Positions 14,640 through 27,941 of a stretch of DNA of 64,000 nucleotides are shown in pieces. Each line of letters opens with the position of its first letter. Position 1 is the stretch's first letter. The DNA comes from Lama guanicoe (lineage: Eukaryota): assembly GCA_013239625.1 (NCBI GenBank), contig MU053652.1, positions 5,199,902-5,263,901 on the forward strand. The letters run 5' to 3'. The notes under the pieces were generated by a model. That model saw only the letters and a program-made list of their open reading frames with translations. It ran no database searches and had not been told where the DNA came from. A program made the translations under genes and the position numbers.

Positions 14640-14935
14640 TTTTCCACTACAGCAGCCACTGTGGCCAGTGAGCCCTAGAAATATGCTAGGACGAATCAAG
14701 ATGTGTTCCAAGCACAAAATATACACCACATTTCCAAGACATAGCAAAATTAAAAGTAAAATATCTCATTAATTTTTTAGATTCATTAAATGTTGAAATG
14801 ATACTATTCTGGATATAATAGGTCAAACTGCATTAAAATTAATTTTTTTTAAAATATAACTACTAGACAATTTTAAGTAACACACGGATATATAATGCAA
14901 AGCCACAGATGAGCTCTATCGAACAGTGTTGGTCT
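14640..14935. mobile_element. MER33-like hAT-Charlie fossil
   Basis: gtaaaatatctcattaat, atgttgaaatgata, ttaaaattaattt and actactag match the recalled MER33 consensus. Confidence 0.65.
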
Positions 14936-16893
14936 AGAATGCCCTTTCTTCCATCTGCTAACTTCTCCTCATCCGTGTACACTCACAAGGTATATATACT
15001 AGTTGCTCCTAGAAAGACTCCCCTAGCACCCACCCCAACAGGGTTCCTCATGGCACCCTTCACCCCTGTACTCAAGGTGTGTCCTATTAATTCCCTATGT
15101 GACTCTCACTAAAATCTTCCAAAGGAAATTACTTCTCATTTCACTCAAAAGCCATATGTTAACTCTCAGAGCTGAACCTCTCTTGGAACTTTCTTCAAAA
15201 TGGAGTAAGATCTCAGGTATAAACAGAGGTTGAAAATACAAGATAACCTACCTTCGTAAAGAACAAGAACTTCTATAAACATGACCCTGCCTAAACTAGG
15301 AAATACATTCCAACAGATTTCCGTCGTCCACTAGGCTAAGGAACATCCACCCATCAACCCTGAGGAGTTTCAGAGAATCCTGGAAGAACCAGAACTCCTC
15401 AGTGGTAGTTTAGTTCTTTCTCCAGAAAATCTACTATCATCTTACTTAAGTTGTAACAACCGACTCCCCCTAAAAACTGCTTAAAATTCAGCTACTGAGT
15501 CTGCGTTAACATGATGCTTTGGCTGATGATACAGGCACAAAAATCAACGTTCAAGAATTTCAAGGTTGTGGTTGCTGTGGGAACCTTAATTCCAACTGCA
15601 TGGCGCAGATGCAGAATTGTGGACTACTCCCAATACTGATAAAATTGGAGACGTCTATTTACTCTGTGCAATGAGGCAGAGCTACAGCTACTGAGACCTT
15701 ATTTTGGCATTTCCAGGCTTTCGTGCATTTAAATTCTCAGCCTTACCACGATACTGTTTGCTGCACTAAATTGCCTCCTCTATGGGGAAGAAAGGCAGGC
15801 GGAGGGGAGAACGAACTGATTGGCCTGGCATTCAAAGAACCTCCCCTGTATGGGTTTCTCACACGTGATCTGATTCAAAAGACCATCAAGATATTTTTAT
15901 TTTACTCTTACGGGTTGTCTATAAACTCTCACACAAATGAAAACAGGGCCTGAATTTTAACTTGGGAATGTACCAAGACAAGCGTACGTGCAAAACATCA
16001 GAAAAGCAAATTTCAAGTCTTTATAGAACCACAAAAGGGATAAATCAAAAAAGCCACACAGCACTAACTTCAACCACGCTGAATCTGCCTGCAGCTCTGG
16101 CTCTCACTGAGGACCTGGTTCTAGAACCAGTGAACACAGTTACGCACTCTGACTCTCGGAGGGCGAGGGCAGGAGCTGGAGAGACGTCTATGAAAACAAC
16201 TGCCCAACAAACAGAAGAGTTCAACCTCAATGCCCTTCCCCAACCTCTTATAACTCATAAGAATGGAAAGAAAATGGTCACAAAATTTAAACCGAAACTG
16301 TCTGCAGTTTTCATCCTAAGCGTAATTTCTCAAACTTGATAGGCCCAAATCGTACACATTGGCTAGGCAAACACCCAGGCTGCCAAAAAGAACCAACAAA
16401 TAGCACAAAACAGTGTGACAAGTAATTCCAGTTGCTATTTGGAAAAGATGAGTAGGTGACCCCAGAGAATATATATGTCAAGATTCATTTCTCCCTGGGG
16501 CAAAAAATGCAGATCACATCAAAATAACCAACAGAACAGGCCTCAGGGCCATGCATGGGAGGTACAGACCTCTTCCTTGTTCTCAGAGAATAAGATCTTG
16601 TTAATAAACAAGATTCATTCACCACCTGCCATATACCAACCCTACCTTGTCTCAAACCCCTTTGGGAGGAATGGCTGCAAGGCCCATCCAATGAAGCAGA
16701 GCAATGAATGCGGTTCAAGAGGAATTGAGACCTGCCCAGTGGTAGCTAGGCTGCAAATACTCAGAAATACTACTTTGGAGATTTACCCTACTTGTCCATT
16801 CGCATTCTCCCACACATATACCATATGTAATTAATTCTCCAGCTCCTCCTCTTTGGCTCTGGGAAAGAGACTCTGCTGTTCTTCTAGGCTCAC

Positions 16894-17007
16894 CTGTGTA
16901 TTCTCCCCCTCCAGCCTCGGTGGTCGGATGCTGGACAAGTGGATGGTCTTGTAGTCTCCAGAGTTCAGCTTCACAACAATGGCATCGGCATTCAGCACCT
17001 GCATCAC
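16894..17007 (-). CDS. SND1: SND1 exon 10 (114 nt): [40 protein letters not shown]3 domain
   Basis: Manual translation. Acceptor ttcttgcccacAG, donor GTgagc; phase 0/0. No further SND1 exon was found in 1-16893, consistent with a long intron 10. Confidence 0.97.
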
Positions 17008-20000
17008 CTGTGGGCAAGAAGGTAAAACTGCTTAACTGTGTGTCAATGGCTATATCTCGTAGTGCACATGCTAGGGAGCAAGGCACAGCAGTCACAGGAA
17101 GGAGAGAGAGATCAATAGCCACTCGGGGTAGATCCAGTTATCATTCCTTACCGTACGACAATGTTGGAAAAAACCATGCTGTAATGATCAGTCCCCAAAG
17201 ACATTATGATTCCTCAACGAGGCAGTATCATATGTATCATTCATAAAGACAGTCAAACTTTTTTATCTTTTTCCCTGACCAAGATACGCGGTTAACTACA
17301 AAGCTTACGAACTGGAAATCCAGTCTGTTTGTGTTATTGAAGATTTTCCTTGAACCAGGTTCTAAGCTAAAATCAAACTGCCGATCTCAATGTGATTCTG
17401 GGAAAAGAGGCAAGGGCTGGATTAGAAGACGACGGTACCAGCACCAGAGGAGAAAGAACCAAAATAGGACGCCCCGATGGAGAGCAGAGAAATCAAAGGC
17501 AAGTGAAGGGCAAAAAGAATTGTCGTCTCAGCGTGAGAAAGCAGGTGCTTAGCCATTAATCTCACAGATGGAAACATTAAATTGCTAAGATATTACTTCA
17601 ACTACTCTGAAAGCCACCTTTTCAGAGTACTACCATGGACATCTCTGTTTTAGAAACCAAAGTCAGTTAACACTGGACCCCATTCTTAGCTCAAGATTAA
17701 CTCTGAATCTGGAGCAGCTTCGAGGTTATCTACTCAAAGGGCAAACGCACAAATACTCCTCTGTGGAGGTTATCAGAAAACCCCACCAATGTGTACAGAA
17801 TAAAATTCCATTGAAACCAGACTAGGGTTATAACTAGAACTCATAATTCAGCCAGCAGTCTACAGTTCATCCAATTATATTCAGAGCCTGTTGTTACAAG
17901 GCTGTTTGGTTTTGTGGGGCTTTTTTTTTTTCTTTTTTTTGCCTTTTTGTCGGTTTGTTTTTTCCAAGTAACACTTTGCTGCAAGGTAACACTTGACTAC
18001 AAAACACTGTCACTATCCACTTTATCTGCAGAATCAGAACCAACTCTTCCAGGCTTCAATCAGACCCCATTAGAAGCAAACAGGTAGCTGAGCAAACTTC
18101 AGAGTCAGCTGCCACAGTGAGGGGAGACTCGCAAAATGTCCCTCCTCTTTTATACGTGAAACAAAAGGAGCTAGACTCTCCTCTGCTGTGGTGGGTATCA
18201 CACTAATAAGTATCCTCACAGAGCCCTCCCTAACTATCCCCTGGAAAGCTTCACATCGTTTTAACACAGAATATACCCATTTATTTGCAGACTCCTACAA
18301 AAAGGGCTGTTCCCTACCTTTTCTGAAGAACCAGCCAATCACACAAGAAAAAGAGTGAAGATTTAAAGGACAATCTGAAGAAGGAGCAAAAAGCAAAACC
18401 AAGTGAGAAATTATACATGACAGGAAATAGCAGGAGGAAAGTGCCATCAAACAGAATGAATGAAAAAAGGAAGATGACAGTTGGAATCAAGCTGGAAGTT
18501 TGTGGAAGGCTGACTATGTGGGGGGGGGGGAGATGGCAAGATACCCCAGGGTTCTAACACCACCAGTAATGAAAGAAGTGTAGAGAAAAACAGGCCAGGG
18601 ACCAAAAAAGTAGTAAAAAGTCTGCGAAAGAACTGTGTAGACTAGGTGAGCGGGTAACTACTTTTCATTTTCAACTGTGTATAAGATTAACTCGCAACCC
18701 TGAACTCAGCAAAAACCCAGCCTCAAATCACCACAGCCATTCTGCTATAACCTTTTTCACAGATAGGAGAATCACATAAAAGCTAAACACTAAAACCCAG
18801 GCAACTAAAACCCAAAATTCGGCTGGTCAGAAAAACTTCGTGGAGTCTAAGGGTAATCAAAAGCCATGATCCGTGCTCACAGGGCAGGAGTGAGTAGCCA
18901 GGTGTGGGTGGTGCCAAAGTATGCGGGACCCTCCAATCACAGAGCCGCCTTACAGCAACCCAGTCATTTCAGGTGCAGAACTTAAAACCATCCAGGAAGA
19001 TATAACCAAAACTATAGATCCAGTAATTGAAAGAAAAAGGGTACAACTTAGTCCCATTACCATTTAAACACATGAATGCCAAGTAAAAACGCCCATATCA
19101 TAATGGACTCTACCCTCAACTCCCTAAGACAGTAGTCATAACTGACCAAGAAAGACCCCAGCTGATGGCTTCCTTATCCTTCAAAATCCCCCACATTTGT
19201 ATGAAAGTTAAAGTATTACAAAATGGATGAAAGAACAAGGCTGGGGGGGTGGGGGGGTCCATGATACATGCTATACCGCTGTCCCACCTTCGAATCAAAA
19301 ATCCCACAAAGCCGTACCAAGCAAAATAGCCAGTATCGCAGATCAATACTGCTCCTCCCTGAAAAGTGCAGGACCGCTGCCCAGCGGACAGTAAGGTAAT
19401 AAGATCAGGGTTCTCAAATGCACACACGCCACAGTATTTCCTAAATCTCTGTGATGGACCATGCTACACATTTCTCTCATGCCAAAACTCTTATTAAATT
19501 GTCAGTTACCAGAAACATAGGGAACTTCCTACAATCAAGACATGAGAAATATCTAGACATTCTCCACTCCCTAGTCACACTCAGAGAGAAATAAAACCAG
19601 GCGAAGTATCATAGTGCTCACATCTTCACCCCCTGATTACAGAATGTGAAGATCTAAGCATACCCCTGTGACAAGTTACTGGTATTCGTCACCCCTTGTA
19701 ATGCGTTTGCAGCCACAGCAGCAGCGAATGGCTGCTTGGAGCTGTAGATTTCAGGCCTCTGCAGCAGACTCTCTGCTCGGCATCTCCCTGATTAGAAACC
19801 TCCTCTTCAGGAACTGTGCACGCTGACGCTGCCAGTTAAACGAGGTCTGCCTTTCTGGTGAAGGGGTGTGAATGCGCGTGTGCGTGTCTGTAAGTGGGGT
19901 TCATGATGTTTTATTCTTCTCTAAATTGTGTCATTGCTGTCCGGAGAACAAGCAGCTCCTGGGCAGCGACATGGAAGAAGCAATAACATAGCAGTTATAG

Positions 20001-21029
20001 TCACACACTGTGTAATAAGTAAAATGCAGAGTGGATTACTATCCGAAGCCCGCTCATCAGTACCGTCACAGACCACATTTATAACAGTGATATTTCTTTC
20101 GGTGCTTTTTACTAGGACAGTTCACACATCGTATGCCCACATCGCTCACCTACTCCACAAGCTACAGATCCCTGCTCAGGGGACACACACACACACACCC
20201 TACCCTACCACACACTCCAGGAGCAGAAACCTACAAGGAAAAAAGTCATTGGCTGGACTTGAGATACATGCCCTAAACCCAATTCCCTCCCTATTTCTTG
20301 CAGCCCAATTGTAAAAGGAAAAATGAGTGGCTTAATGATGACAAGTGCAGGCTAAGGGCTGCCACAAGTCAGGAGAACGGCAGAGTGCTGTCAGGGCCAA
20401 GGGACATCCATCCCCCTCCCTGGCCTCCTGCCACACTGCCCATCTGCAGAGCCCATCCACAGTGCTACGCATCGGATGTGAAGGGCTGCTGCTGTTCGGC
20501 TTCTTAAAGCCCTCAGCATGTATAAAATAAACAAAAAGCCTACATCAGTCTCCTGAGCTACAGAGACCCCCAGAATAGTCTCCAAACACAACTACCAGCA
20601 CTTCCAAAGCTGCCCAAATTATACCTACCAGATAGAAACAGAAGGAACATCAGCCCCAACAGGGCTTCTACAGGTACCACCAGTGAGCGTGCCCTTGAGG
20701 GGGCCACTGGAAATGGAACACCAGCACCCTTTCTACTCTCTAAACTCATGACATCTAGCTGTTTCTCTAGCTCCCCAAGGCTGTATGCCAGATCTGTTCT
20801 TTCACAGAGAATCTGGAAATAGTAGTGAAGCAACACCAAAGTGGGAAGAATAAAGAATACTCCACCTGGTTATGGCGATGGCCGGGGAGCATGAGTGGGT
20901 CTCCATCCCCCAGAAAAGTACAGCTGCCACCCTGTGTCCTCACACAATACTAAGCACAACGATTTCCTGATGCAGATATTTCTGGGCATCTAAGCACAAG
21001 CAAATAAACTGGACACGGTGATAGGTACT

Positions 21030-21430
21030 TAAAAGGAAACCAGGCATCAGACAAATTCCCATAGAGGAGCAGCCTATAAAATCCCTAACTCAGTACTGTC
21101 AAGGTCATCAAAAGCAAAGAAAGTCTGAGAAACCACCAAATCCAAGAGGAGCCTAACGAGACATGACAACTAAATTTAGTGTGCTGTTGTGGATGAGATT
21201 CCAGAACAGAAAACGGATACCAGAGAAAAACTAAGGAAATCTGACTAAAGTATAGACTTTAGTTGGTAATAACACATCAATACCAGTACACTACTTATTA
21301 TCAATGTGCCATAATCATGCCAGATAATAACAGGGGAGACTGGGAGGAGGGAGAGTGTAATGTGGGAACTGTGCTCTCTGCCAATTTTTCCATAAATCTA
21401 AAACTGTTCTGAAAAATAAAGTCTTAACTT
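21030..21430 (+). mobile_element. L1MC-like 3' UTR fragment
   Basis: tgtcaaggtcatcaaaagcaaagaaagtctgagaaac; gagacatgacaactaaat; taaatctaaaactgttctgaaaaataaa. Confidence 0.75.
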
Positions 21431-22868
21431 AAAAAGCTAGGTAAATGGTTTTTACAAATCTTACTCTAGTTAAATCATTTTCTTATCAGCAAATTAAGTC
21501 TGTAGCTTAAGTTAGCAAGTAAGTCTTGACCTCTTTTTGGTGAAGGAGAGGCCACCTTCCCAGCCAGACCCCTCCAAAGAACTTCCTTTTCATCTGAAAG
21601 CCATACGACAAAAGGTCAAGGAAGTAGCTGGTACTTTTTGTTCTCTCTGTATTACCAAAAAGGAATGTAACAGCAAGGTCTAGATACCGCCAAAAAGATT
21701 GAGCATCCTTGTTTAAAAACCATCTCAGAGAGGCATGATAATGAACTCCATTCAAAACTATGACATTCTGCCAGCAAAAAACAATCAGGGCCAAACCAAG
21801 TAAGTACTAGAATCCAGTGCATCCATGAATAGCTTATAACCTGACCTCCAAACTTGGACATCGTCACCAATACCAGGCAGTTAACCACTAGGGTAATCAC
21901 CTAGATGAAGCTCCTGGAGAACAGGAACCACTGCTTATTCTTCTGCATCTTCTCAAAGCACCTGGTTCGGGGCTCTGCTGGTTAAGCAATCAATTGGTAC
22001 AGAGAACCAAGCGAGAGGCCTCTAACCTGGAAGGCCAGTGAGAAGACTCCACCCCCTCTCCCCTCCCCCAAGTGTTATTCAGGTCTGTGAAATCCGCAAG
22101 GCCCAAGCATCCAGCAGCAGGGACAGGGAAGCCAAGCCACGTGCTCAAGGGACCATATGGCTACAAACAGCACAGATCAGCTAAAACGCCACAGGGAAGG
22201 CAGGCAGGAAACTGGCAAGCCACGACAGGCACAAAAGTCTCAAGCAGGCTCAGCTAATCGCTGTGAAGTGAACATGCCTCTCTGCTAACCTGGAGAGACA
22301 AGGAGAGCCCTCCCTCACATTTCCTGCCTCAAGAAGAGAAGCTGCTTAAGCAGAGAATGGAAATCAGTCTTTCAGCAGGCCACGTGTATCAAGAGAATAC
22401 TTTGCAGAGTTTCAGATTTCTCAGAAGTGAGACTCTTGGCTGACACTCTGAGCTACAGCATTGCATCAGTTCCAGAAGTTACCTAGAGGGTCCCAGCGGC
22501 ACCTGCTTAAAGATTTCACAGGTCACCTTTTGCAGGCTTTTCATGCTACTTAGCTGTTCCCTGTACAATTAATTCCTAGGAAACAGGGTGACTGCTGAAG
22601 AGAGGACTACTATTTGTTCAGGCCTTATGGTCACATCAGCCTCAGAGCAGAATCCTTCAGCAAAAACTTGTAGGGCTGTCAGACTATGTTCCAGAAGGCC
22701 CAGGGCACCTTAGGATCTATTTTAGTTTCCTCGAAAAGTAGTTTGGCATTAACAAATGTTCTAAATCAGGCAAAATGACTACAAAACTGCAGTTGGGTTC
22801 TGGCTTATGAGAAGAAATGCAGATCATTTTTACTTTTACATTTAATGCTGACATCCCATGTTCTACAA

Positions 22869-23089
22869 CAGGGTTTGGCAGACTGTGACCCAAGGCCCAT
22901 CCAATCACACCGCCTACTCTTGTCAATAATGTTTCACTGGCACACAGCCACGCCCATTCATTTACATATTACCTACAGCTGCTTTCTTGCTATGGCGGCA
23001 GAACTGAATAATTGCAAAGAGACTACATGTCCCACAAAGTCTAAAATATTTACTATACAGTCCTTTAAGAAAAAGCTGGTCCAGCTCTG
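22869..23089 (+). mobile_element. MER58A-like hAT-Charlie MITE
   Basis: cagggtttggcagact...ctctg termini with internal aaaatatttactat. Near-perfect 8-bp TSD ttctacaa / ctctacaa. Confidence 0.85.
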
Positions 23090-23399
23090 CTCTACAACAT
23101 ATTACAAAACGAGCACACAAGGAATATACACTGGTTAACATTCCTGGGGAGCTGTTTGGCAAATGTGCTCAAAAACACTCCTAAGGAAATAATTACCACT
23201 TACACAGAGAGTTATTCCATTTTCTAAATAATGGGAAAATGATAAACTACATCAATATCAACCTGCTGGGGACTAGTTAAATAAATTATGATGCAGTCTT
23301 ACAATGGAACATTAAGAATAAAGTCAGCTCCAATATTTACTTTGTTACCTTCCCTAAATACTGCTACACAAAAATAAAGGGTTTTTTGGGTTTTGGGCT

Positions 23400-25500
23400 T
23401 TTTTGGCCAAAAGCCCAAAAGGACAAAGATAATGGGAGAGAAGACTACAGCAACAAAACTTGGGAAGCTGGAAAGCAGAGGAATGAATGGTAACTGACTC
23501 CATAGACTCACAAAAGCTAAATCCTGAGCTAACAGTGAGAAGACACAATAGCACAGCACAGAGAACTATATTCAATACCTTGTAATAGCCTATAGTGAAA
23601 AAGAGTATGTTGTATACCAGAAATTAACACAACATTGTTAACTGACTATACTTCAATTAAAACATATATATACATACACATATATAATAACTGAAATAAG
23701 TAAAAATGTAAATAGAAATAAATACAAAATAATATCAGGAAAAAAAGGGAAAAAATTAATCCAATAAACTGACAGTAAGGAAACTTAGGGGAAAAAAAAG
23801 AAAGCACAATAGCCATTCTGATGTGCACTGCAAACTTGCTCCGCCTGCCAAAACTAAGAATGATCAAATCAGGAGTCTGACTTCGAGTGGAGATGAAAAT
23901 AAGGCCAAAAACTAGACTGGTTTAAAACCTACGTAAGAAGCACCTAGATCTAAAGATGGACACCCTAGATCCCATTCGTAAGAGTTCACTGCTTCTAAAC
24001 CGTACTGACTACCTCATTCTTTAAGACAGACAATCAAGGATCACCAGATGTCTGAGGATCCCCTCTACTATTGAAAATAAGGGATCAAAATAACCGAAGA
24101 GAATTAAAAACAACTTAGAGAACACAGACTATGGAGAGAGACAAAAGTCTTCAAACAATTATTATTAATTCCTCAAAAACTTGATGATAATCATCTCTGA
24201 ACCAAGTATTAGATATCACTACTTAAAGTAACAAGAGAAACATTCAGAGAACCAGAGAAGCTCTTAGAAATTAAAATACAGTATCATAAACGAAATAACC
24301 AGTAGAAAAGCTGAAAAGTAAATATGAAGAAATCTACAAAGAAGAAAGGACAAAAAGATGGAAAATAGGAAGAAAAAACTTAGAGTATCAGTGCATGAAG
24401 TCAAGTATCCAAACAGCAGTTCTAGGAAAATAGAGACCAGAGTAACTAGATGGAAAAACAAAACAGTTGAAGTTCCCAGACATAAAGGACTAAAAATTGA
24501 ACCACAATATGCTCACACATGGATAAGCAAAGCGCAACACCGTGAAATTTCAGGATAAAGAAACTTGCTGAGAGCTTACAGGAAGAAAACACGTATCACA
24601 AGGATGAGAAATCAGGATGGTTTCAGATGTCCAAACAGCTAAATGACAGCGGAGCAACGCCTTCGTAAATCTAAAGATAAAGAACCTCTAACCTCTATAC
24701 CCACCTAAACTAGCAAGTGTAACTATAGAACAGGCACGAAAAGTCTCAAACAGTGTACCTACCAAGCACTCTTCTCCCAGGAAGCTAGAGAACATGTGCC
24801 ACCAAGACACAGGAGTGAATCAGAAAGAAGCTGTAAGATCCAGCAAACATAGTTTCAACCTAGGAGTGAGGCAAAGAAAACCCCAGGATAACAGTGAGGA
24901 ATTTCAAAGATGATAGCTTTCTTAACAGGGAAAAAGGAACTAATCCAGATTGGTACAGGTCACAAGGCTCCTGGAAAGCAGTCTTGAAAAAGATAAAAAT
25001 AACATACGGAATCAATGTCTTGAAAAGAGATTTAGACAAGTAGAATCTGGGGGTTGAACTAATAATCAGTATGTAAAAAATATATACTTTAAAAAAAAAT
25101 TAACTCCAGGGAAAACAAAAAGTCATGCAGGAAATAAAATATAGTCCTAATACATTATATGGCTCGGAAGTGATTAGCATTTACAAAGTAAACACTGAAT
25201 ATTAATTGAGCCAGAATCACGCTATAGTCCTATTAGAAGGACTGGAGAAGAGTACATGAACGCACACTCATGCGAGTATGTATGTGAGTGAAAAAACCAA
25301 ATCCTTGTCTTCCACAGTGTGAAAAAAATGGGGGGGTTATACCTGAAACATTAATAGCGAGCAATATGAACATTTTATCCGGAGAAATGGATTAGACAAG
25401 AGTTGATGACAACTGCCTCAAGGAGGAGGGAAACGGAAGAGTGCATTTCTTAAGAAGCCCAGAGAGATCTTTAAAAATGTTTACATGTTAAAAATAAAAA
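23400..25500 (+). mobile_element. Degraded HAL1 / L1-ORF1-type LINE remnant (boundaries approximate)
   Basis: A-rich, ORF1-like decayed sequence (gaagctcttagaaattaaaa; aaatcaggatggtttcagatg; ggagcaacgccttc; gatccagcaaaca...ggcaaagaaaaccccaggat) resembling recalled HAL1. Confidence 0.55.
23553..23798 (+). mobile_element. 5'-truncated lineage L1 3' end nested in an older HAL1-like element
   Basis: Same terminal motif as the 33.5 kb copy (ataccagaaattaacacaacattgttaactgactatacttc) with an AT-rich tail. Degenerate TSD agaagacacaatagc / agaaagcacaatagc. Confidence 0.7.
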
Positions 25501-25736
25501 CTTAACCAACTTAAAAATTACACACAGAAGAATACAAGACAGTCTACTCAAAAGCAGCTGCCAGTCTGCAACGAGATGAGGAGCTCAGAACATAAATCAA
25601 CGGCATCGCTGAGAACATTGCTGACGTTCTTTTCTGTAGCAAGGCTTTCTTGATGAAAGCAGCAATGCCTTGATTTACATTCTGCTTCAAGCTCCTTATA
25701 TGGTATCAAGGCACTTTGAGCAGGACGGTGATAGAT

Positions 25737-26039
25737 CAAAGGGTCAGCAGACTTCTTCTGTAGAGGGCCAGATATTAAATATTTTAGGCTCGGCAGACCA
25801 TATGGTCTGTCACAACTACCCACCTCCGCCACTGCATCACAAAAACAGTTCTAGACAATATGTAAACGAACAGACATGGCTATGTTCCAATTTATTCAGG
25901 ACACTGAAATTCGAATCTCGTATAATTTTAATGTGCCACAAAACATTTTTCTAGATAAAATCCATTCTTACCTTACAGGCTACACAAAAACAAGTGATGG
26001 GTCAAATCTGGCCCATGGGCCATAGTTTGCCAACCTCTG
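25737..26039 (-). mobile_element. MER58B-like hAT-Charlie MITE (opposite orientation to the other two copies)
   Basis: Starts gggtcagcagacttcttctgtagagggccagatattaaatattttaggc, the reverse complement of the MER58 3' end. Ends catagtttgccaacctctg. Confidence 0.8.
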
Positions 26040-27157
26040 AGATTGATAGTATGATCAACTTGTTTTATTAAAAAAAAAAAAGCTGAGTTACAGTAGTTTC
26101 ATCTAGTATGAGTGTTTTTCCTTCTTTTTATATCTTTTTCTGTTTTTAAAAAAGTGAAAATAATACTACAGAATTTCAAAAATTCAGTAAGTTTTAAAAC
26201 TACTTATCTACCTACAAACACATTTTTCTCTCTACTCTGAAATGCCATATATCCAAATGGCCTAAACTGATACTTGAGGTACTACAGGATCCTTAATCAA
26301 ATGATTTTTAAAGGCAATCTCCTTTATCCTGGCAGTGTAACAAATAAAACTTCGCTGTAATTTTTTTAAAAAGCCTGACCCTGTTTTAAAACAAAAAGAG
26401 ACACCATGGATTCTGGGACCCTGGATTTTTAGAAATGGAAAAATGCCCTATAACCAGATCTCCTTTTTCTAGTTACCAATACAGTCACATTTAAGATAAA
26501 TGCAAAGCCACTGACTCAATCCTCTGAGCCTTTAAATGAAGGATTGCTTTCTTTAGCAATGCTTTAGGTTCCCAGAGGCCAAAAACCTTCGAAATTCTTC
26601 TAGGTTTCTCTACAAACTCAGTTTCAACTGAGGAGGGGCTGGAAGGGACACTGCAGGATAATGAAACCCTCCCAAGGGCCACCTACATCACTGACGTCAC
26701 AGACACTCACAGGGATGATGGTGAAAAATGGAAAGCCCGCCTCTCTTGTTAAGTGAAAAACCATCCTTTCATTGTGGAACTGTAGTCCTGGATCACAGGA
26801 AACACAAGCACAACCAAGTTAAGTTCCAATCAGGCAGGGTAGCCATGTCCAAGCTAGCTAGCATGGTCCTCACTCAACGAAGCAGGGGTCCACTCTGGTC
26901 TGCATCAAGACATGGAAGATGCCCAGGGAGTATCCAAGCAGGGACTCCTCCCACTAATGTCCACCGAAAAGCGTGATTATAGTTAACCTGACAGTTGCTG
27001 GGAGACCAACTACTAGAAGAGGGAAAGGGGCCACTTGAGCACTCTGTGACCTATTGCTTTGGGCATCATAAAAAAGGAAGTGAAGAAATTCAGGCAATTC
27101 CTCAGAGGCTTGTTAAAATGTTACCAAAGAGAAAGCATTCCAGGATTTTTCAGGCTG

Positions 27158-27176
27158 ACAGTGCCACCTAGTGGCT
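27158..27176 (-). promoter_or_regulatory. Candidate CTCF-binding site
   Basis: Minus strand reads GCCACTAGGTGGCACTGT, a close match to the CCASYAGRKGGCRS core. Motif evidence only. Confidence 0.55.
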
Positions 27177-27850
27177 TTCCATCTTAAACTCACTGGTAGA
27201 CATTTAGGATAGCCACTTCTCAGTCCAAGGATATATGGATATTTCACATCCATAAAGGCAAAGTTAAGTTGGAAATACTACAAATTTGGGGAAAGTGAGG
27301 TCTACCGCAGGTCTACCACTCAAGGTACCAAACCCCAAAACAAAGCAAAAACACTTTTACAGCACTGCTGCTGGAATCAATCTTTTCAATAGCTCTAGCT
27401 TCCATCAAAGAAAATCCATCTCAGGACACATCAGCAGAGAGATCTCAGAAAAACACATCACATTAGAAAAAATTCAAAACCACCAAAGTCCCAAAAGAGA
27501 AAGCAGAGAAACTTGAGGTCACATATACTTAGGCATAAGAAATCTAAGAAAATGTCATTTGCTAAATAGACAGAACCCCTGGAAGATGAGAGATTTCAAG
27601 TGTCAATGCCCACAACTTGAACTCATGAACTTCTAAGGAAGTTATACAAATTTACAGCAAGGAATTTAAATTCTTCTGGCTTCTAAGTCCTCAACAATAA
27701 ACACACATGTGCCCACACTCATGCACACACATCCACACACCACTGGCTTACCTTGATTAGAAATGTTTCAGCTCTTGATTGATTATTCAAATCTCTGTGT
27801 TATCACTAGGCCCATCCACAATGCATGCCAAAATGCCGAGAATGACTCAC

Positions 27851-27941
27851 CTTGGCAACAAACTGCTTGTCCTTTTGGTCCAAATTAGCAGTGGGAGCCA
27901 CATAATCTCTCCAGATTCTCAGCCTGCGCTCCTTGGCAAAC
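27851..27941 (-). CDS. SND1: SND1 exon 9 (91 nt): (R)[30 protein letters not shown]
   Basis: Peptide is in ORF 27806..28009(-). Acceptor tttgttgccAG, donor GTgagt; phase 2/0. Confidence 0.98.

Noticed and set aside
1..16893. Nested gene (LRRC4, recalled from a later SND1 intron) or SND1 exon 11
   Set aside because: No leucine-rich-repeat ORF and no DKNKKLRPLYDIPY-type exon is visible here. Both should lie beyond the left edge of the window.
19932..19952. RE1/REST site (gctgtccgg)
   Set aside because: Only one half-site matches, and the TCAGCACC half is absent.
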